A stretch of DNA of 64,000 bases. It comes from Candidatus Omnitrophota bacterium (GTDB taxonomy: Bacteria; Omnitrophota; Gorgyraeia; B26-G9; JBDRCZ01). Of the stretch, positions 19,154-29,743 are shown in pieces (position 1 is the stretch's first letter; every line of letters begins with the position of its first letter). The position numbers and the translations under genes are program-made. Where the stretch lies: the NCBI GenBank assembly GCA_043821285.1, contig JBDRCZ010000109.1, positions 4,302 through 68,301 on the forward strand, given 5' to 3'. The notes beneath the pieces are model-generated. The model was not told where the DNA came from, searched no databases, and saw nothing but the letters and a program-made list of their open reading frames with translations.

Positions 19154-20392
19154 ATGCATGTAGATAAACCTTTGAATATATGCCTTATATCCCGCGAATA
19201 TCCAGATGAAACCGGCTGGGGGGGGATTGGAAAGTACACATATCGCCTCGCACACGGCTTGACTGATTTAGGACATAATGTCCATATTTTAGCGGAAAGC
19301 TTAGATAAAGATAAAGCGTATATAGAAAACAGAATTTCTATACAGCGAATTTTAAATAAGAATTTTTTTCATAATAAAGATTCTCTGACGGAGTTTGTAA
19401 ACAGATTAAATTATAGCTGGTGTATCTTTAAAAAAATAGAGGAGTTAATTGATAAATATCATATTGATATTATTGAAGGGCCTAATTTTTACGGAGAAGC
19501 ATATGCATATAGCTTATGTAAGAAAACTTCTCTGGTTACTCGGCTACACACCACCTTTTCTGAAATTATTGCAGCTTATGAGTGGAGAAGAACAACGGAT
19601 TGCCGTTTAAGCTGCTGGATAGAGGATGCGACAATCTTAAAAAGTGACTTGGTGACCTGTTCAACAAAAAGACATGCGGATATTGTTTTAAAAAGTTTAC
19701 CGGCAAAACCGAAAAATATAAAGATAATTCCTTTAGGCGTGCCTTTACCAATATTAAATGGACGGGATAATGCTAAAAATGAAAAGTTAAGTGTATTATT
19801 TGTCGGCCGGCTTGAAAAGAGAAAAGGGATTCAGACATTAGTCAAAGCAATCCCAGAGGTGTTAAAAGAGATTCCCAATATAGAGTTTAATATTGTTGGC
19901 CGGGATACTTTTTTAACTTCTGAGGGAATTTTTTTTACCGGCAAAGAGAGTGACTCATTTAAGAATAAATTAATTAACGATATCCCCCGAGAATATCTAA
20001 CCAATGTAAATTTTTTAGGTTTTCTAGAAGATAAGAAGTTGGAAGAATATTATCGGAGTTGTGATTTATTTGTCGCTCCGTCTTTATACGAGTCATTTGG
20101 GTTTATTTATATTGAGGCAATGTCATATGCCAAGCCGGTTATCGGATGCAGTGTTGGCGGGGTGCCGGAGGTTGTCAAGAATAGTGAGACCGGTATACTT
20201 GTTGCTCCGGAAAATCCCAATCAACTGGCTCAGGCGATTATCAGGTTATTAAAAAACAAAGACCTAAGAGAACAAATGGGCATTAGTGCCAGAAAACATG
20301 TTGAAGAAAATTTCACTTTGGAACAGATGGTAAGTAAAACAATAGCTGCTTATCATAATGTTTGTCGTCCTTCGAACAGAATTCAAATGTGA
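19154..20392 (+). CDS. Glycosyltransferase family 4, tandem paralog B
   Basis: MHVDKPLNICLISREYPDETGWGGIGKY. Shares a 90-nt near-identical tract (20091-20180) with paralog A (18421-18510). Confidence 0.8.
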   Translation: MHVDKPLNICLISREYPDETGWGGIGKYTYRLAHGLTDLGHNVHILAESLDKDKAYIENRISIQRILNKNFFHNKDSLTEFVNRLNYSWCIFKKIEELIDKYHIDIIEGPNFYGEAYAYSLCKKTSLVTRLHTTFSEIIAAYEWRRTTDCRLSCWIEDATILKSDLVTCSTKRHADIVLKSLPAKPKNIKIIPLGVPLPILNGRDNAKNEKLSVLFVGRLEKRKGIQTLVKAIPEVLKEIPNIEFNIVGRDTFLTSEGIFFTGKESDSFKNKLINDIPREYLTNVNFLGFLEDKKLEEYYRSCDLFVAPSLYESFGFIYIEAMSYAKPVIGCSVGGVPEVVKNSETGILVAPENPNQLAQAIIRLLKNKDLREQMGISARKHVEENFTLEQMVSKTIAAYHNVCRPSNRIQM

Positions 20393-20514
20393 TTAATTTT
20401 TTAATGTATAGGAAACAATAAGATTTTCAATCTGTGGCTAACAAGGAAATTGGGGTATAGATTGGTATATTTAATTCGTTGTTAAGGGAAGGTTTGAACA
20501 CGAGAGGTTTTTAA

Positions 20515-21957
20515 ATGGATAAAAAGATTCCGAAGGAATTTTTTTATTGGTGGTTGGTTATGCGGTTAACAAATGTTTTGTTATTTATAAAAAAAGGCAT
20601 CCGCCCTTATTTTATTTTGTGTATAATTATATTAATTTTTGAATTTAGTTTATCCACGGTTTCATTTTTTATCAGAGGGCCTCAGATATTATTTTTAAAT
20701 AACAAACAGGTTGATTTATCTGTTCAGAGAATACTATGTTTAGGGGATTCTTTTACTTATGGTCTCGGAGCAGATCAAGAGTATAGTTATCCAGCACAAT
20801 TAGAAAAATTATTAAATTATAATAATCCAGAAAGAAAGTTTCAAGTATTTTATCTTGGTATTAATGGTTTGAGCAGTTCAATAGTGGCAAATAATTTACG
20901 AACAAACATTGAAAAATATAGGCCGAATATTTTGCTTATTTTAACCGGCGCTAATGATCACTGGAACCTGCACCAGTCAAATATATTAGAGGTTTTAAAT
21001 GATAAAAAAATAAATCAAAGGGTTATAAAAATTAAAAAATTTTTATATAACTTCAAAACTTTCCGGTTGATACAGACAGTGGCTGATAAAATTACCCATA
21101 GATTTATAATTACCAGAGAAAACACACAAAACACCGTAAAGTTTTCAAACATAACAAACAGTAGTTTACTGCAGGATTTGTTGAAATATAATTATAGAAA
21201 AATGATTCAGACAATAGAAACTTTTGATGGCACAATAAAGCTATACGTTCAAAATTACCCCACCGGCCCAGAGCATATAAATAGGATGATCAATAGAATA
21301 GCAGCAGAAGAGAAGTTGAACATAATAGATCAAAATGCTGCTTTTTTAAAAATACCTATAAGTCATTTAGTATCAAATGATGGATGGCACCTTAATGCCC
21401 AGGGATACAATCTGATGGCGAAGAATATCTATGCGGAGTTTTTAAAAACAGGATTAGTTTACAATGATATAGCAAAAGATATGGAAATTATAAAAAAAGA
21501 AGATAAAAATGAAGTAATAAGACTTGATGAAAATACCTGGAAGTTTGTTTTGTCAGAGATCGCCAAACATCCTGAAAAGATAATTTACAAAAGAGGAGAT
21601 GTATGGTGTTTAATTGCTAACAATACAATAGAATTACCGGAAATAGAGTTATTACCTGGAAAATATGCTTTAGAGATTAAAGCAAAAGGAACATCTGTGG
21701 ATAAAATTTATCCGCTGGTAGGGTTTTATTATAAATTCAAGAAAGCACCTTTAGAACTGGTTAAAAATAAGATAAACAAGATTTATGTAGATGGTAATTG
21801 GAAAAATTATTGTTCAGAAAGGATTATTATAAATGAGAAAGAAAATTTTATATTTTATATAAGCTTTGAAAACGATGCTATAAAAATAGAAGAAGGCAAG
21901 CAAAGTGATAGAAATTTATATGTAGGTAAAGTTATTTTAAAAAAACTATTGAAATGA
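20515..21957 (+). CDS. SGNH/GDSL hydrolase family protein (membrane-anchored), likely glycan O-acyl esterase or transferase
   Basis: N-terminal TM. Block I LGDSFTYG. Block III GANDHW. Block V DGWHLN. Confidence 0.75.
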   Translation: MDKKIPKEFFYWWLVMRLTNVLLFIKKGIRPYFILCIIILIFEFSLSTVSFFIRGPQILFLNNKQVDLSVQRILCLGDSFTYGLGADQEYSYPAQLEKLLNYNNPERKFQVFYLGINGLSSSIVANNLRTNIEKYRPNILLILTGANDHWNLHQSNILEVLNDKKINQRVIKIKKFLYNFKTFRLIQTVADKITHRFIITRENTQNTVKFSNITNSSLLQDLLKYNYRKMIQTIETFDGTIKLYVQNYPTGPEHINRMINRIAAEEKLNIIDQNAAFLKIPISHLVSNDGWHLNAQGYNLMAKNIYAEFLKTGLVYNDIAKDMEIIKKEDKNEVIRLDENTWKFVLSEIAKHPEKIIYKRGDVWCLIANNTIELPEIELLPGKYALEIKAKGTSVDKIYPLVGFYYKFKKAPLELVKNKINKIYVDGNWKNYCSERIIINEKENFIFYISFENDAIKIEEGKQSDRNLYVGKVILKKLLK

Positions 21958-23063
21958 AAAAAATTAATGATAATATTGCAAAAATTCTAAAACACATTAT
22001 TTTTTCCTTATTTTGCTTAGCAGTAATTTTTTTATTTTTAGAATTGGGACTGCGTTTATGCGAAAAATTTAAAAGGAATGTGCGAGAATATTGTTTAGAA
22101 TCGGAAAAAGCAGGTTTAGATATTGAAGATAATAAACTTTTTTGGAAAATGAAACCAAATATTGATATCGTCTGGCAAGGTGTTAATATTAAAACAAACA
22201 GTTTAGGATTAAGAGATTACGAAATTTCGCCGATTAAAGAACAAAAAGTTTTTAGGATGCTTTCTCTTGGTGAATCAACTACGTTTGGCGCGAAAGTTGA
22301 ATTTGAAAATATTTATTCAGAAGTATTAGAAAATAAATTAAATAAGGATAATTCTGATTATATTTTTGAAGTAATCAATGCTGGGGTATCTGCCTATACA
22401 TCATTTCAGAGCCTTATTTATCTAAAAGAACAAGGCTTAAAGCTAAATCCAGATATGATTTTAATTTATCACCAGGCCAATGATAATTTACCAGCCACTA
22501 TTCGAAAAAATAAAAATGCTTTTGACTTTTCGCTTAGCGACAGGCAGTTGTATAACTTAAGAAACAATTTTTCTGGAATTTTATATCAGTTAAATAAAAG
22601 CTTTGTCTATGGAGCTATGAAAAATTATTTACTAAAAATCAGGATGTGTTTTTTAAAAAATAGTGCAACTACATTGCGCAAAAGTTTACCTGATTTAACC
22701 ATAGTTGACATAAAGAGAAAATGCCGGGTGCCATTAGATGATAGAAAAGAGATTTTTAAAGAATTTTTAGAGATTTCAGAAAAAAATAAGATTACACTTG
22801 TTTTAATCCATCCTATATATAAAAAAAGTTTAGGGCAAAAATGTTTTTTGACAGAATTTGCTGAACAAAACAATGTACCGCTCATCGAAACCTTTGAGGC
22901 ATTTAAACAAAGCGGCTATTCCCCTGAGGAATTGTTTTATGATAGTATGCACCCCACAGCAACAGGGCATAAGATTATAGCAGATTGCATATTTAAATAT
23001 ATAAAAGCTTATACCCATCAGCTTTTACATGAAAAAGTGGCAGAAAAAGATGATAAAAATTAA
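21954..23063 (+). CDS. SGNH hydrolase-like protein (second copy)
   Basis: N-terminal TM. LSLGESTTFG. DSMHPTATGH. Confidence 0.6.
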   Translation: MKKINDNIAKILKHIIFSLFCLAVIFLFLELGLRLCEKFKRNVREYCLESEKAGLDIEDNKLFWKMKPNIDIVWQGVNIKTNSLGLRDYEISPIKEQKVFRMLSLGESTTFGAKVEFENIYSEVLENKLNKDNSDYIFEVINAGVSAYTSFQSLIYLKEQGLKLNPDMILIYHQANDNLPATIRKNKNAFDFSLSDRQLYNLRNNFSGILYQLNKSFVYGAMKNYLLKIRMCFLKNSATTLRKSLPDLTIVDIKRKCRVPLDDRKEIFKEFLEISEKNKITLVLIHPIYKKSLGQKCFLTEFAEQNNVPLIETFEAFKQSGYSPEELFYDSMHPTATGHKIIADCIFKYIKAYTHQLLHEKVAEKDDKN

Positions 23064-25332
23064 CAAAACTATTACTGGAATAAAACTGATATTAATATTA
23101 GTTTTCACATCGTTTTTTATTTATTCAACCTTATCCCATTATAGCAACGCGGACTCGCCGCTAAGAATTTGGCTGTTAACATTATTAATATTTGTGCTAT
23201 TTATTATCAGGAAATTGTTTTTGCATAAAAACAATTTGAAAAATCTGTTAAGCCCCACGATGGGTTTCTTTATTATGCTTAGTATCACCCAGACGATAAC
23301 AAATATTTATAAACTTGGTGGATCGTATGTGTTAATCTCTGAGATTATTCATTATGCGCTGGTTTTTTTTATTCTCATCTGCAATTTTAGGAAAATAAAA
23401 TATATTGATACAGGATTAATTCTGTTTATTGTCTATTCTTTCAGAATTTTTGATACCTCCCTTTTTGTGAATGAATTTGTTTTCCTGCATGCCTTGTCCT
23501 TAATATTAGGATTGCTTTGGATTGAAGATATTTATCTAAAGAAACAGCGGCTACCCAAAGTCAACCTAATATTCACCCCGGGCATTATTTTGGTGGTAAT
23601 TGCAATTTTTTCAACAATAACCGCAGTCTGTCCATATTACAGTTTAGCGCAGATGATGATTATGATAAATTTTGCCTTTATTGCTTTTTTAATTGCTAAT
23701 CATGTAAAGGGCATGGATCAAATTAAACTTTTAATTTTTACCCTTTTTTGCCTGGGGTTTTTTTTGTTCGTGTTGCTTATCAAGGATGAGCTTCTCTGGC
23801 GTGGTATATATTCACTTATGGGGCGAATTTGGATAGAATTAGGAAATCCTAACGGGTACAGAATTCATCCTAATTCTCTTGCCGGATATTTTGCCGCGCT
23901 GCTGTGTTTACTTATTGGCGATAGGCACTTTTACCGTGGGAAGATTTTTAAAGCAGCTAAGATATTAGTTATAATTATTATGGCAGTTATTTTATTATTG
24001 ACTTTTTCACGGCTGGGGATTTTTAGTTTTATATTATCAGTGAGTATTTTATTCTGGTTGAGATATAAAGAAACAATAAAAATTATTAAAAACAGAGCGC
24101 TTTATATGTTTTTAATTATAGGTTTAATTACAGGGGTAATATTTTTAAGTCCGATAAAACAAAACCTTATTAGGAGAATTTATGATTTTGGGTCTAACAG
24201 CCAAACTCTTTATAGTTGTCGAAATAGTCTAAAAGCAATAAAAGATAATCCCTTACTTGGATTTGGATTAGATAATTACTATATTCTTTCCAAGTACGCA
24301 AAAGAACAGATACTTAGTCCTAATGGTCAAGGCATGTTGTCAACACGGAATGTGATATGGTCTCCATCACACAGCACATATTTAGGGATTGCCTTTGGAT
24401 TAGGGATAATGGGACTTTTGGTTTTTATATGGTTGTTAGTGAGTATTGTTATATATTTTATCCGTTTAAACAAATTTATTTCAGATGATAAATCTGAAAA
24501 GGCATTATTACAGGCTATTTTTGTGGCGTTTATATCGGTACTTATTCACGGAGTTTTAGCGATGACATTTCACTTAACTATTTTACCGGCATTTTTTTGG
24601 GTGTTTATCGGGCTTATGATCGCAATTGGGAATGTTGTCAATTTTAATAAAAGTTGTTATGAGTTTAAGCCATGGGGATTTTATATTGTATTGTTAGTAG
24701 TGCTTTTATTTAGCATAGGGGTTGTAATTAATCCGGTTATTGCAGAAGCACGGTATATTTCAGCGCAGAAGAGTTTTAGCTTGGGAGAATTACAAAAAGC
24801 GATGAGAGCGATTAATCAGGCAAAAATATTTATGCCGATTGACCCAAAAATTTATGAATTAGAAGCAGAAATTAAAAATGCAAAAGGTTTAGTTGACCAA
24901 GCCATAGCAGATTATAAACGGGCTTTAACTTTTAAAAAAGATTTTGCCTTTTATCATACCAGAATAGGGCAGTTATATTGGCAAAAAAAGAAATATCCTT
25001 ATGTGCTTTTAGAATTTGAAAAGGCAATTGAATTGGATAAATATGGGGTATGTTATCAAGAACATTATTCTGACTTAGGCAGCTTTTATAATGAGTTAGG
25101 AGATAAGACACAAGCTATTGCACAATTTAAAAAAGCTATTCTAATAGACCCCGAAGTAGTAGGCAATACTGACTGGGCAGGGGCAGATTATTTAGATGAT
25201 ATTATAAAACAAACATATCAGGATTATTTAATGCTTAAAGATAAAGAACCATTAGCCGCGGAGCAGATATTATATAGTCTACGGCGCATTGAACAAGGCA
25301 AGGTTAAGAAAACAAAAAATAAACAGGATTGA
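23029..25332 (+). CDS. Wzy_C-family membrane protein (O-antigen ligase, polymerase or PglL-like O-oligosaccharyltransferase) with C-terminal TPR repeats
   Basis: About 12 TM helices. Periplasmic-loop motifs LTFSRLG… and WSPSHSTYLG are typical of Wzy_C. C-terminal about 200 aa are TPR-like. Confidence 0.65.
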   Translation: MKKWQKKMIKINKTITGIKLILILVFTSFFIYSTLSHYSNADSPLRIWLLTLLIFVLFIIRKLFLHKNNLKNLLSPTMGFFIMLSITQTITNIYKLGGSYVLISEIIHYALVFFILICNFRKIKYIDTGLILFIVYSFRIFDTSLFVNEFVFLHALSLILGLLWIEDIYLKKQRLPKVNLIFTPGIILVVIAIFSTITAVCPYYSLAQMMIMINFAFIAFLIANHVKGMDQIKLLIFTLFCLGFFLFVLLIKDELLWRGIYSLMGRIWIELGNPNGYRIHPNSLAGYFAALLCLLIGDRHFYRGKIFKAAKILVIIIMAVILLLTFSRLGIFSFILSVSILFWLRYKETIKIIKNRALYMFLIIGLITGVIFLSPIKQNLIRRIYDFGSNSQTLYSCRNSLKAIKDNPLLGFGLDNYYILSKYAKEQILSPNGQGMLSTRNVIWSPSHSTYLGIAFGLGIMGLLVFIWLLVSIVIYFIRLNKFISDDKSEKALLQAIFVAFISVLIHGVLAMTFHLTILPAFFWVFIGLMIAIGNVVNFNKSCYEFKPWGFYIVLLVVLLFSIGVVINPVIAEARYISAQKSFSLGELQKAMRAINQAKIFMPIDPKIYELEAEIKNAKGLVDQAIADYKRALTFKKDFAFYHTRIGQLYWQKKKYPYVLLEFEKAIELDKYGVCYQEHYSDLGSFYNELGDKTQAIAQFKKAILIDPEVVGNTDWAGADYLDDIIKQTYQDYLMLKDKEPLAAEQILYSLRRIEQGKVKKTKNKQD

Positions 25333-25339
25333 CTTCAAA

Positions 25340-26866
25340 ATGAAAATATTACTGGCAAATATCCCCTGGATTAATAAGGGCAGGTGGGGAGTGCGGGCGG
25401 GTTCGCGCTGGCCGCATATAAAAGACCATACGGAGAGTGATTATTTACCCTTTCCTTTTTACTTAGCCTATGCTGCTGCTTTGCTTAAAAAACATGGTTT
25501 TGAAGTTGTTTTAATCGATGCGATTGCCATGCAAGTGGGATATAAAGAGTTTTTGCAAAAGGTAGAGTCTATTTTTCCTGATTTGATGGTCGCAGAAATT
25601 TCCACTGTATCCCTTGAACATGACCTTGATTTTTTAAAACAGATTGGTAAAGATATTCCACTGGCTTTATGCGGTCCGGATGTAAATATCCGTAATCCTG
25701 AATTTATTAAATCTTACCACTTTGTTAAATATGTATTAATCGGTGAATATGAGAATATATTACTTGAGCTTGCGCAGTGCCTATCCCAAAATAAAGATTT
25801 AAGCAGCATAAAGGGTTTAATATATCGGAACGGTAGTAATTCGATAAGACTTAATACAGGTACACAGATAATTAATGACCTTGATGATTTACCATGGCCT
25901 TTACGGGAAAACATGTCCATGTTGAAATACCGGGACCTGCCTGGTGGCTTGCCGGAACCCTCGGTACAGATGTGGGCCAGCCGCGGCTGTCCGTTTCAGT
26001 GTAAGTTTTGCCTCTGGCCGCAGGTGATGTATTTTAATAATCATTACCGCAGCCGCAGTATACACGATGTTGTTGATGAGATGGAGTATCTGGTTAAAAA
26101 AAAGGGATTTAAATCCATTTATTTTGATGATGATACATGGAATGTAGGTAAAAACAGAGTCTTGCAATTTTGCCGAGAGTTAAAGACACGTAATCTTAAT
26201 ACACCCTGGGCCGTAATGGCACGACCAGATTTAATGGATGAAGAAATTCTTGATAATTTAAAGGATGCCGGGCTTTACTCACTTAAATATGGGGTGGAAT
26301 CAGCCACGCAGGAACTTTTAGATTCTGCTAATAAGGCAATGGATCTGAAAAAGGCGCACAAAATGGTACGTTATACAAAAAAAATAGGGATTAAAATGCA
26401 TCTTACGTTTACTTTTGGTCTTGACGGTGAAACTAAAGAGACAATTCAGAAAACAATTAAATATGCTATAGAACTTGACCCGCACTCTGTACAGTTTTCC
26501 ATAGCCACACCATTTCCGGGCACGCGATTTTATCATGAAGCAAAAACTAAAGGTCAAATTATGACGCATAAACTAACTTATTATGACGGAAACTACAGCA
26601 GTGTGATTAAGACCGAACGATTAACTGCACAAAAGCTTACTGCGGCGAAAAAAATAGCCTATAAGTTATGGCAAGAGTATTGCTATAAGCGCAACAGTTA
26701 TAAAAAAGAAGTATTAAAACCATTTCTGATAAGAAAATTTATTTCTGTAGTAAACAACCGGGGATTATTAAAGGCGGTTATTAAAACTTTTGATTTTTTG
26801 CGAGTAAAAACAGATCTTTTGCTGAAAAAAGATATCAACCACAGAGGGACTAGTGCTCACTTATAA
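25340..26866 (+). CDS. B12-binding (class B) radical SAM enzyme
   Basis: MKILLANIPW… B12-domain-like N-terminus. ASRGCPFQCKFC radical SAM motif. RBS agga upstream of 25340 (the ORF track starts at 25289). Confidence 0.75.
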   Translation: MKILLANIPWINKGRWGVRAGSRWPHIKDHTESDYLPFPFYLAYAAALLKKHGFEVVLIDAIAMQVGYKEFLQKVESIFPDLMVAEISTVSLEHDLDFLKQIGKDIPLALCGPDVNIRNPEFIKSYHFVKYVLIGEYENILLELAQCLSQNKDLSSIKGLIYRNGSNSIRLNTGTQIINDLDDLPWPLRENMSMLKYRDLPGGLPEPSVQMWASRGCPFQCKFCLWPQVMYFNNHYRSRSIHDVVDEMEYLVKKKGFKSIYFDDDTWNVGKNRVLQFCRELKTRNLNTPWAVMARPDLMDEEILDNLKDAGLYSLKYGVESATQELLDSANKAMDLKKAHKMVRYTKKIGIKMHLTFTFGLDGETKETIQKTIKYAIELDPHSVQFSIATPFPGTRFYHEAKTKGQIMTHKLTYYDGNYSSVIKTERLTAQKLTAAKKIAYKLWQEYCYKRNSYKKEVLKPFLIRKFISVVNNRGLLKAVIKTFDFLRVKTDLLLKKDINHRGTSAHL

Positions 26867-27289
26867 GGTGAGCGACGGCCTTTGGCCGTTCATTGCCATA
26901 AATACTTATTTTCCCACCAAGACGCAAAGAGCGCCAAGTTGTTAAGCTGCGGGGGGTAAGATTGTTTCTTATGATATTATGTATTTCTTTGCGTGCTTTG
27001 CGACTTTGCGGGATTATTATTTTATTGTTTTTTGTTAGCATATTCAAACTTAGCCAGTCGGGATAACTGACTGGTAAAAACTATAAAATAAAGTGACATC
27101 TATATGTTATGATTGTAGTTACAACATCGTAAATGTTTTTTAAGATGTTCCACCGTAGGTGGAACTGAGGAACACAGAGTGGATATAAATTCAATGTAAA
27201 ACTATTGAAAGATGGGATAGAAAGGTTTGTGTTGTAAGATTTCTCTGTGAAGCTCAGTGCTCTCTGTGGTTTTAAAAAACAGTTAGACC

Positions 27290-29269
27290 ATGACTAAAGA
27301 AACGATAAAAAGTATCCACAAAAACCGTAAGTCGTTTAAGCTGTTAAAAGACTATATAAAACAAAAAGGCTTGAGCCGAGCCTTTTTTAAAACATTGAAC
27401 TATCTTAAATGGCAAAACGTAATGCATAATTATTCAACAATAATTGGCATATTTGACGGAAGGCATTCATATAAAGGACCAGACTTTGTTCAGATCGATT
27501 TAACCAATAACTGTAATAATGATTGTATTGGCTGCTGGTGTAATTCTCCGCTTTTAGAAGAAAAAAGATTGCCGGTAAGTATTAAGCGTCAGACATTAAA
27601 ATATGAATATGTTTTAGAACTGCTGAATATACTACATGAAATGGGCACAAGAGAGGTTTATTTTGCCGGCGGGGGAGAACCGTTTATGTATCCACAACTT
27701 TTAGATATACTTGCCTATGCCAAAAAAAAGAATTTCATCTGCTACCTAAACACAAATTTTACTTTAGTTAATGAAGAGATTATCGACAGGTTAATTGCAC
27801 TTGAGATTGATCACTTAACCGTGAGTATCTGGGCCGCAACCCCTGAAACTTATGTATGTACTCACCCGAATAAGAACAAAGATACATTTTTTAAACTTAC
27901 TAATAATCTGAAACTTCTGAATTCCCGCAAAAAAGATAAACCAATAATTAAAATATACAATGTTATTTCTAATTTGAATTTTCAGGAAGTTGACAAGATG
28001 GTAGATTTTGCTATAGAGACACAATCCGAAACAATGGAGTTTACGGTTGTTGATACTATACCTGATAAAACCGATAAGCTTCTATTAGCAGAAAAAGAGA
28101 ATAAAATCATTTATGAAGAATGTATGAATATTAAAAAAAAGATTGATGAGAATAAACTGGGAAATTTAAAGATTTTAGGATTTGAGCAGTTTTTAAGGCG
28201 CATAAGTTGTGAAGGAGCAGGTTGTGCACAGTATGATAAAGGGATAATTGATCATGTCCCCTGTTATATCGGCTGGACATTTGCGCGGATACTAGCAGAT
28301 GGCAATGTTAATTCTTGTCTGAAATCACACCGTTTTCCCGTAGGGAATATTTATGTTAATAACTTTGCTGATATTTGGAACTCTTCATTTCAGCAAAAAT
28401 TTCGCCGGCACACACTGGCTTTTAAAAAAGATGACCCATTTTTTAAACTTATTGGCAACGACCCTAATGCACGCGTTGGCTGTTATAAGAGCTGTGATGA
28501 CCTGATGCGTAATATTAACACCCATAACAGGATTACTTCTTTAACCCTGCTTGAGTGGCACTTTTTACAGGGCATTGCCATGATTATTAAGATTATAAGA
28601 AAAATCAAACAAGAAAGGTTTAAAATTTGTCTTATCAATAAAAGATATATTCTGGGTGACAAAGAAGGCATTAATATGCGTCAATTTGATGATAATTTAA
28701 AGATATATTTAAAGAATGAAGAAATCACGGAGAGTATTGGATTAAATTCATCATTTAAAGTTTTAAATACCTGGCATGATTCATCTAAGTCGAAATGGCA
28801 GGCTAAAAAGTCTGTACTCAATAAAGTAAGATTAATTAAGCAATGGCTCTATTTACCGATAACTCAGTTTTGGGACATAACCTTGGAAGATAAAAAAACA
28901 TTACTTATAAATATAGAGATGGACATTGAAGAGGAAATTGAGATAGAAGCGCAGAAAGTTACGCTTTTATTATCGGGAAAATACAAAAAATGGTTTGTTG
29001 GCCGGGAAAATGGGTTGTTTTCAGATTTTGACAATTGGGAGAAATTGAATTTAGGCGGACACAAGCAGCAAACAATAGGTGTTTGTGCGTTTAATGGACT
29101 GCCGGATATTGAATTTAGATTTTTTAGCGATGAATTTTGGCCGGAAGTGCAAAATTCTGATTACAAAAATGCCTGCCGTATAGTCTCAGCGGTCAGAGAA
29201 GGCAAATATAGACTACTTAAAGGCCGGCACAAGTTATTCTGCGGCGAGATTAAGATTATTAAAACATAA
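27290..29269 (+). CDS. Radical SAM/SPASM enzyme with about 250-aa C-terminal extension of unknown function
   Basis: CNNDCIGCWC (CX3CX2C). GGGEPF. Downstream Cys clusters CAQYD…CYIGW…SCL and CYKSCDD. Confidence 0.7.
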   Translation: MTKETIKSIHKNRKSFKLLKDYIKQKGLSRAFFKTLNYLKWQNVMHNYSTIIGIFDGRHSYKGPDFVQIDLTNNCNNDCIGCWCNSPLLEEKRLPVSIKRQTLKYEYVLELLNILHEMGTREVYFAGGGEPFMYPQLLDILAYAKKKNFICYLNTNFTLVNEEIIDRLIALEIDHLTVSIWAATPETYVCTHPNKNKDTFFKLTNNLKLLNSRKKDKPIIKIYNVISNLNFQEVDKMVDFAIETQSETMEFTVVDTIPDKTDKLLLAEKENKIIYEECMNIKKKIDENKLGNLKILGFEQFLRRISCEGAGCAQYDKGIIDHVPCYIGWTFARILADGNVNSCLKSHRFPVGNIYVNNFADIWNSSFQQKFRRHTLAFKKDDPFFKLIGNDPNARVGCYKSCDDLMRNINTHNRITSLTLLEWHFLQGIAMIIKIIRKIKQERFKICLINKRYILGDKEGINMRQFDDNLKIYLKNEEITESIGLNSSFKVLNTWHDSSKSKWQAKKSVLNKVRLIKQWLYLPITQFWDITLEDKKTLLINIEMDIEEEIEIEAQKVTLLLSGKYKKWFVGRENGLFSDFDNWEKLNLGGHKQQTIGVCAFNGLPDIEFRFFSDEFWPEVQNSDYKNACRIVSAVREGKYRLLKGRHKLFCGEIKIIKT

Positions 29270-29319
29270 AACTTTTTACCACGAAGCGCACGAAGGCCAC
29301 GAAGAAAAAAGAAGGTATT

Positions 29320-29693
29320 GTGAAATTTGATGAGTTGTCAAATAGGATAATTGGTTTAACGATTGAGGTTCATAAGGGACTGGGGCCTGGATTGTTGGAA
29401 AACACGTATAAGCAATGCTTAGCTTATGAATTAAGGCAGGCAGGTATTAATTTTCAAATGGAGAGTGAATTGTACCTGTACAATACAAGAAGATACGTAT
29501 CCCTTGTGGATACCGTGTAGATTTTATAGTAGAAGACAATCTAATCATAGAATTAAAAAGCGTTGATGAAATACATCCAATACATGAAGCACAGTTAATA
29601 ACCTATATGAAATTTGCGAAGGTAAAGATTGGGTTATTGATAAATTTTAACGAAAGACTTCTTAAGAAGGGCATAAAAAGATTTGTTCTATAA
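29320..29693 (+). pseudogene. GxxExxY-family (PD-(D/E)XK-like) gene with internal frameshift
   Basis: N-terminal half MKFDELSNRIIGLTIEVHKGLGPGLLENTYKQCLAYEL… in one frame. C-terminal half …PVQYKKIRIPCGYRVDFIVEDNLIIELKSVDEIHPIHEAQLITYMKFAKVKIGLLINFN… is in frame +2, joining near 29464-29472. Confidence 0.6.
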
Positions 29694-29743
29694 AAACTTA
29701 CTTCGTGCCCTTCGTGGTTCAAAATTTAGAAAAAATCTAAAAT

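Noticed and set aside
26971-27066. 31-codon hydrophobic two-Cys mini-ORF (MILCISLRALRLCGIIILLFFVSIFKLSQSG) upstream of the SPASM radical SAM gene, considered as a RiPP precursor
   Set aside because: Only a G6 run 13 nt upstream serves as a weak SD. There is no GG or GA leader-cleavage motif and no core-like Cys/Ser/Thr-rich tail. It overlaps a spurious antisense ORF. This is too weak to call without homologs.
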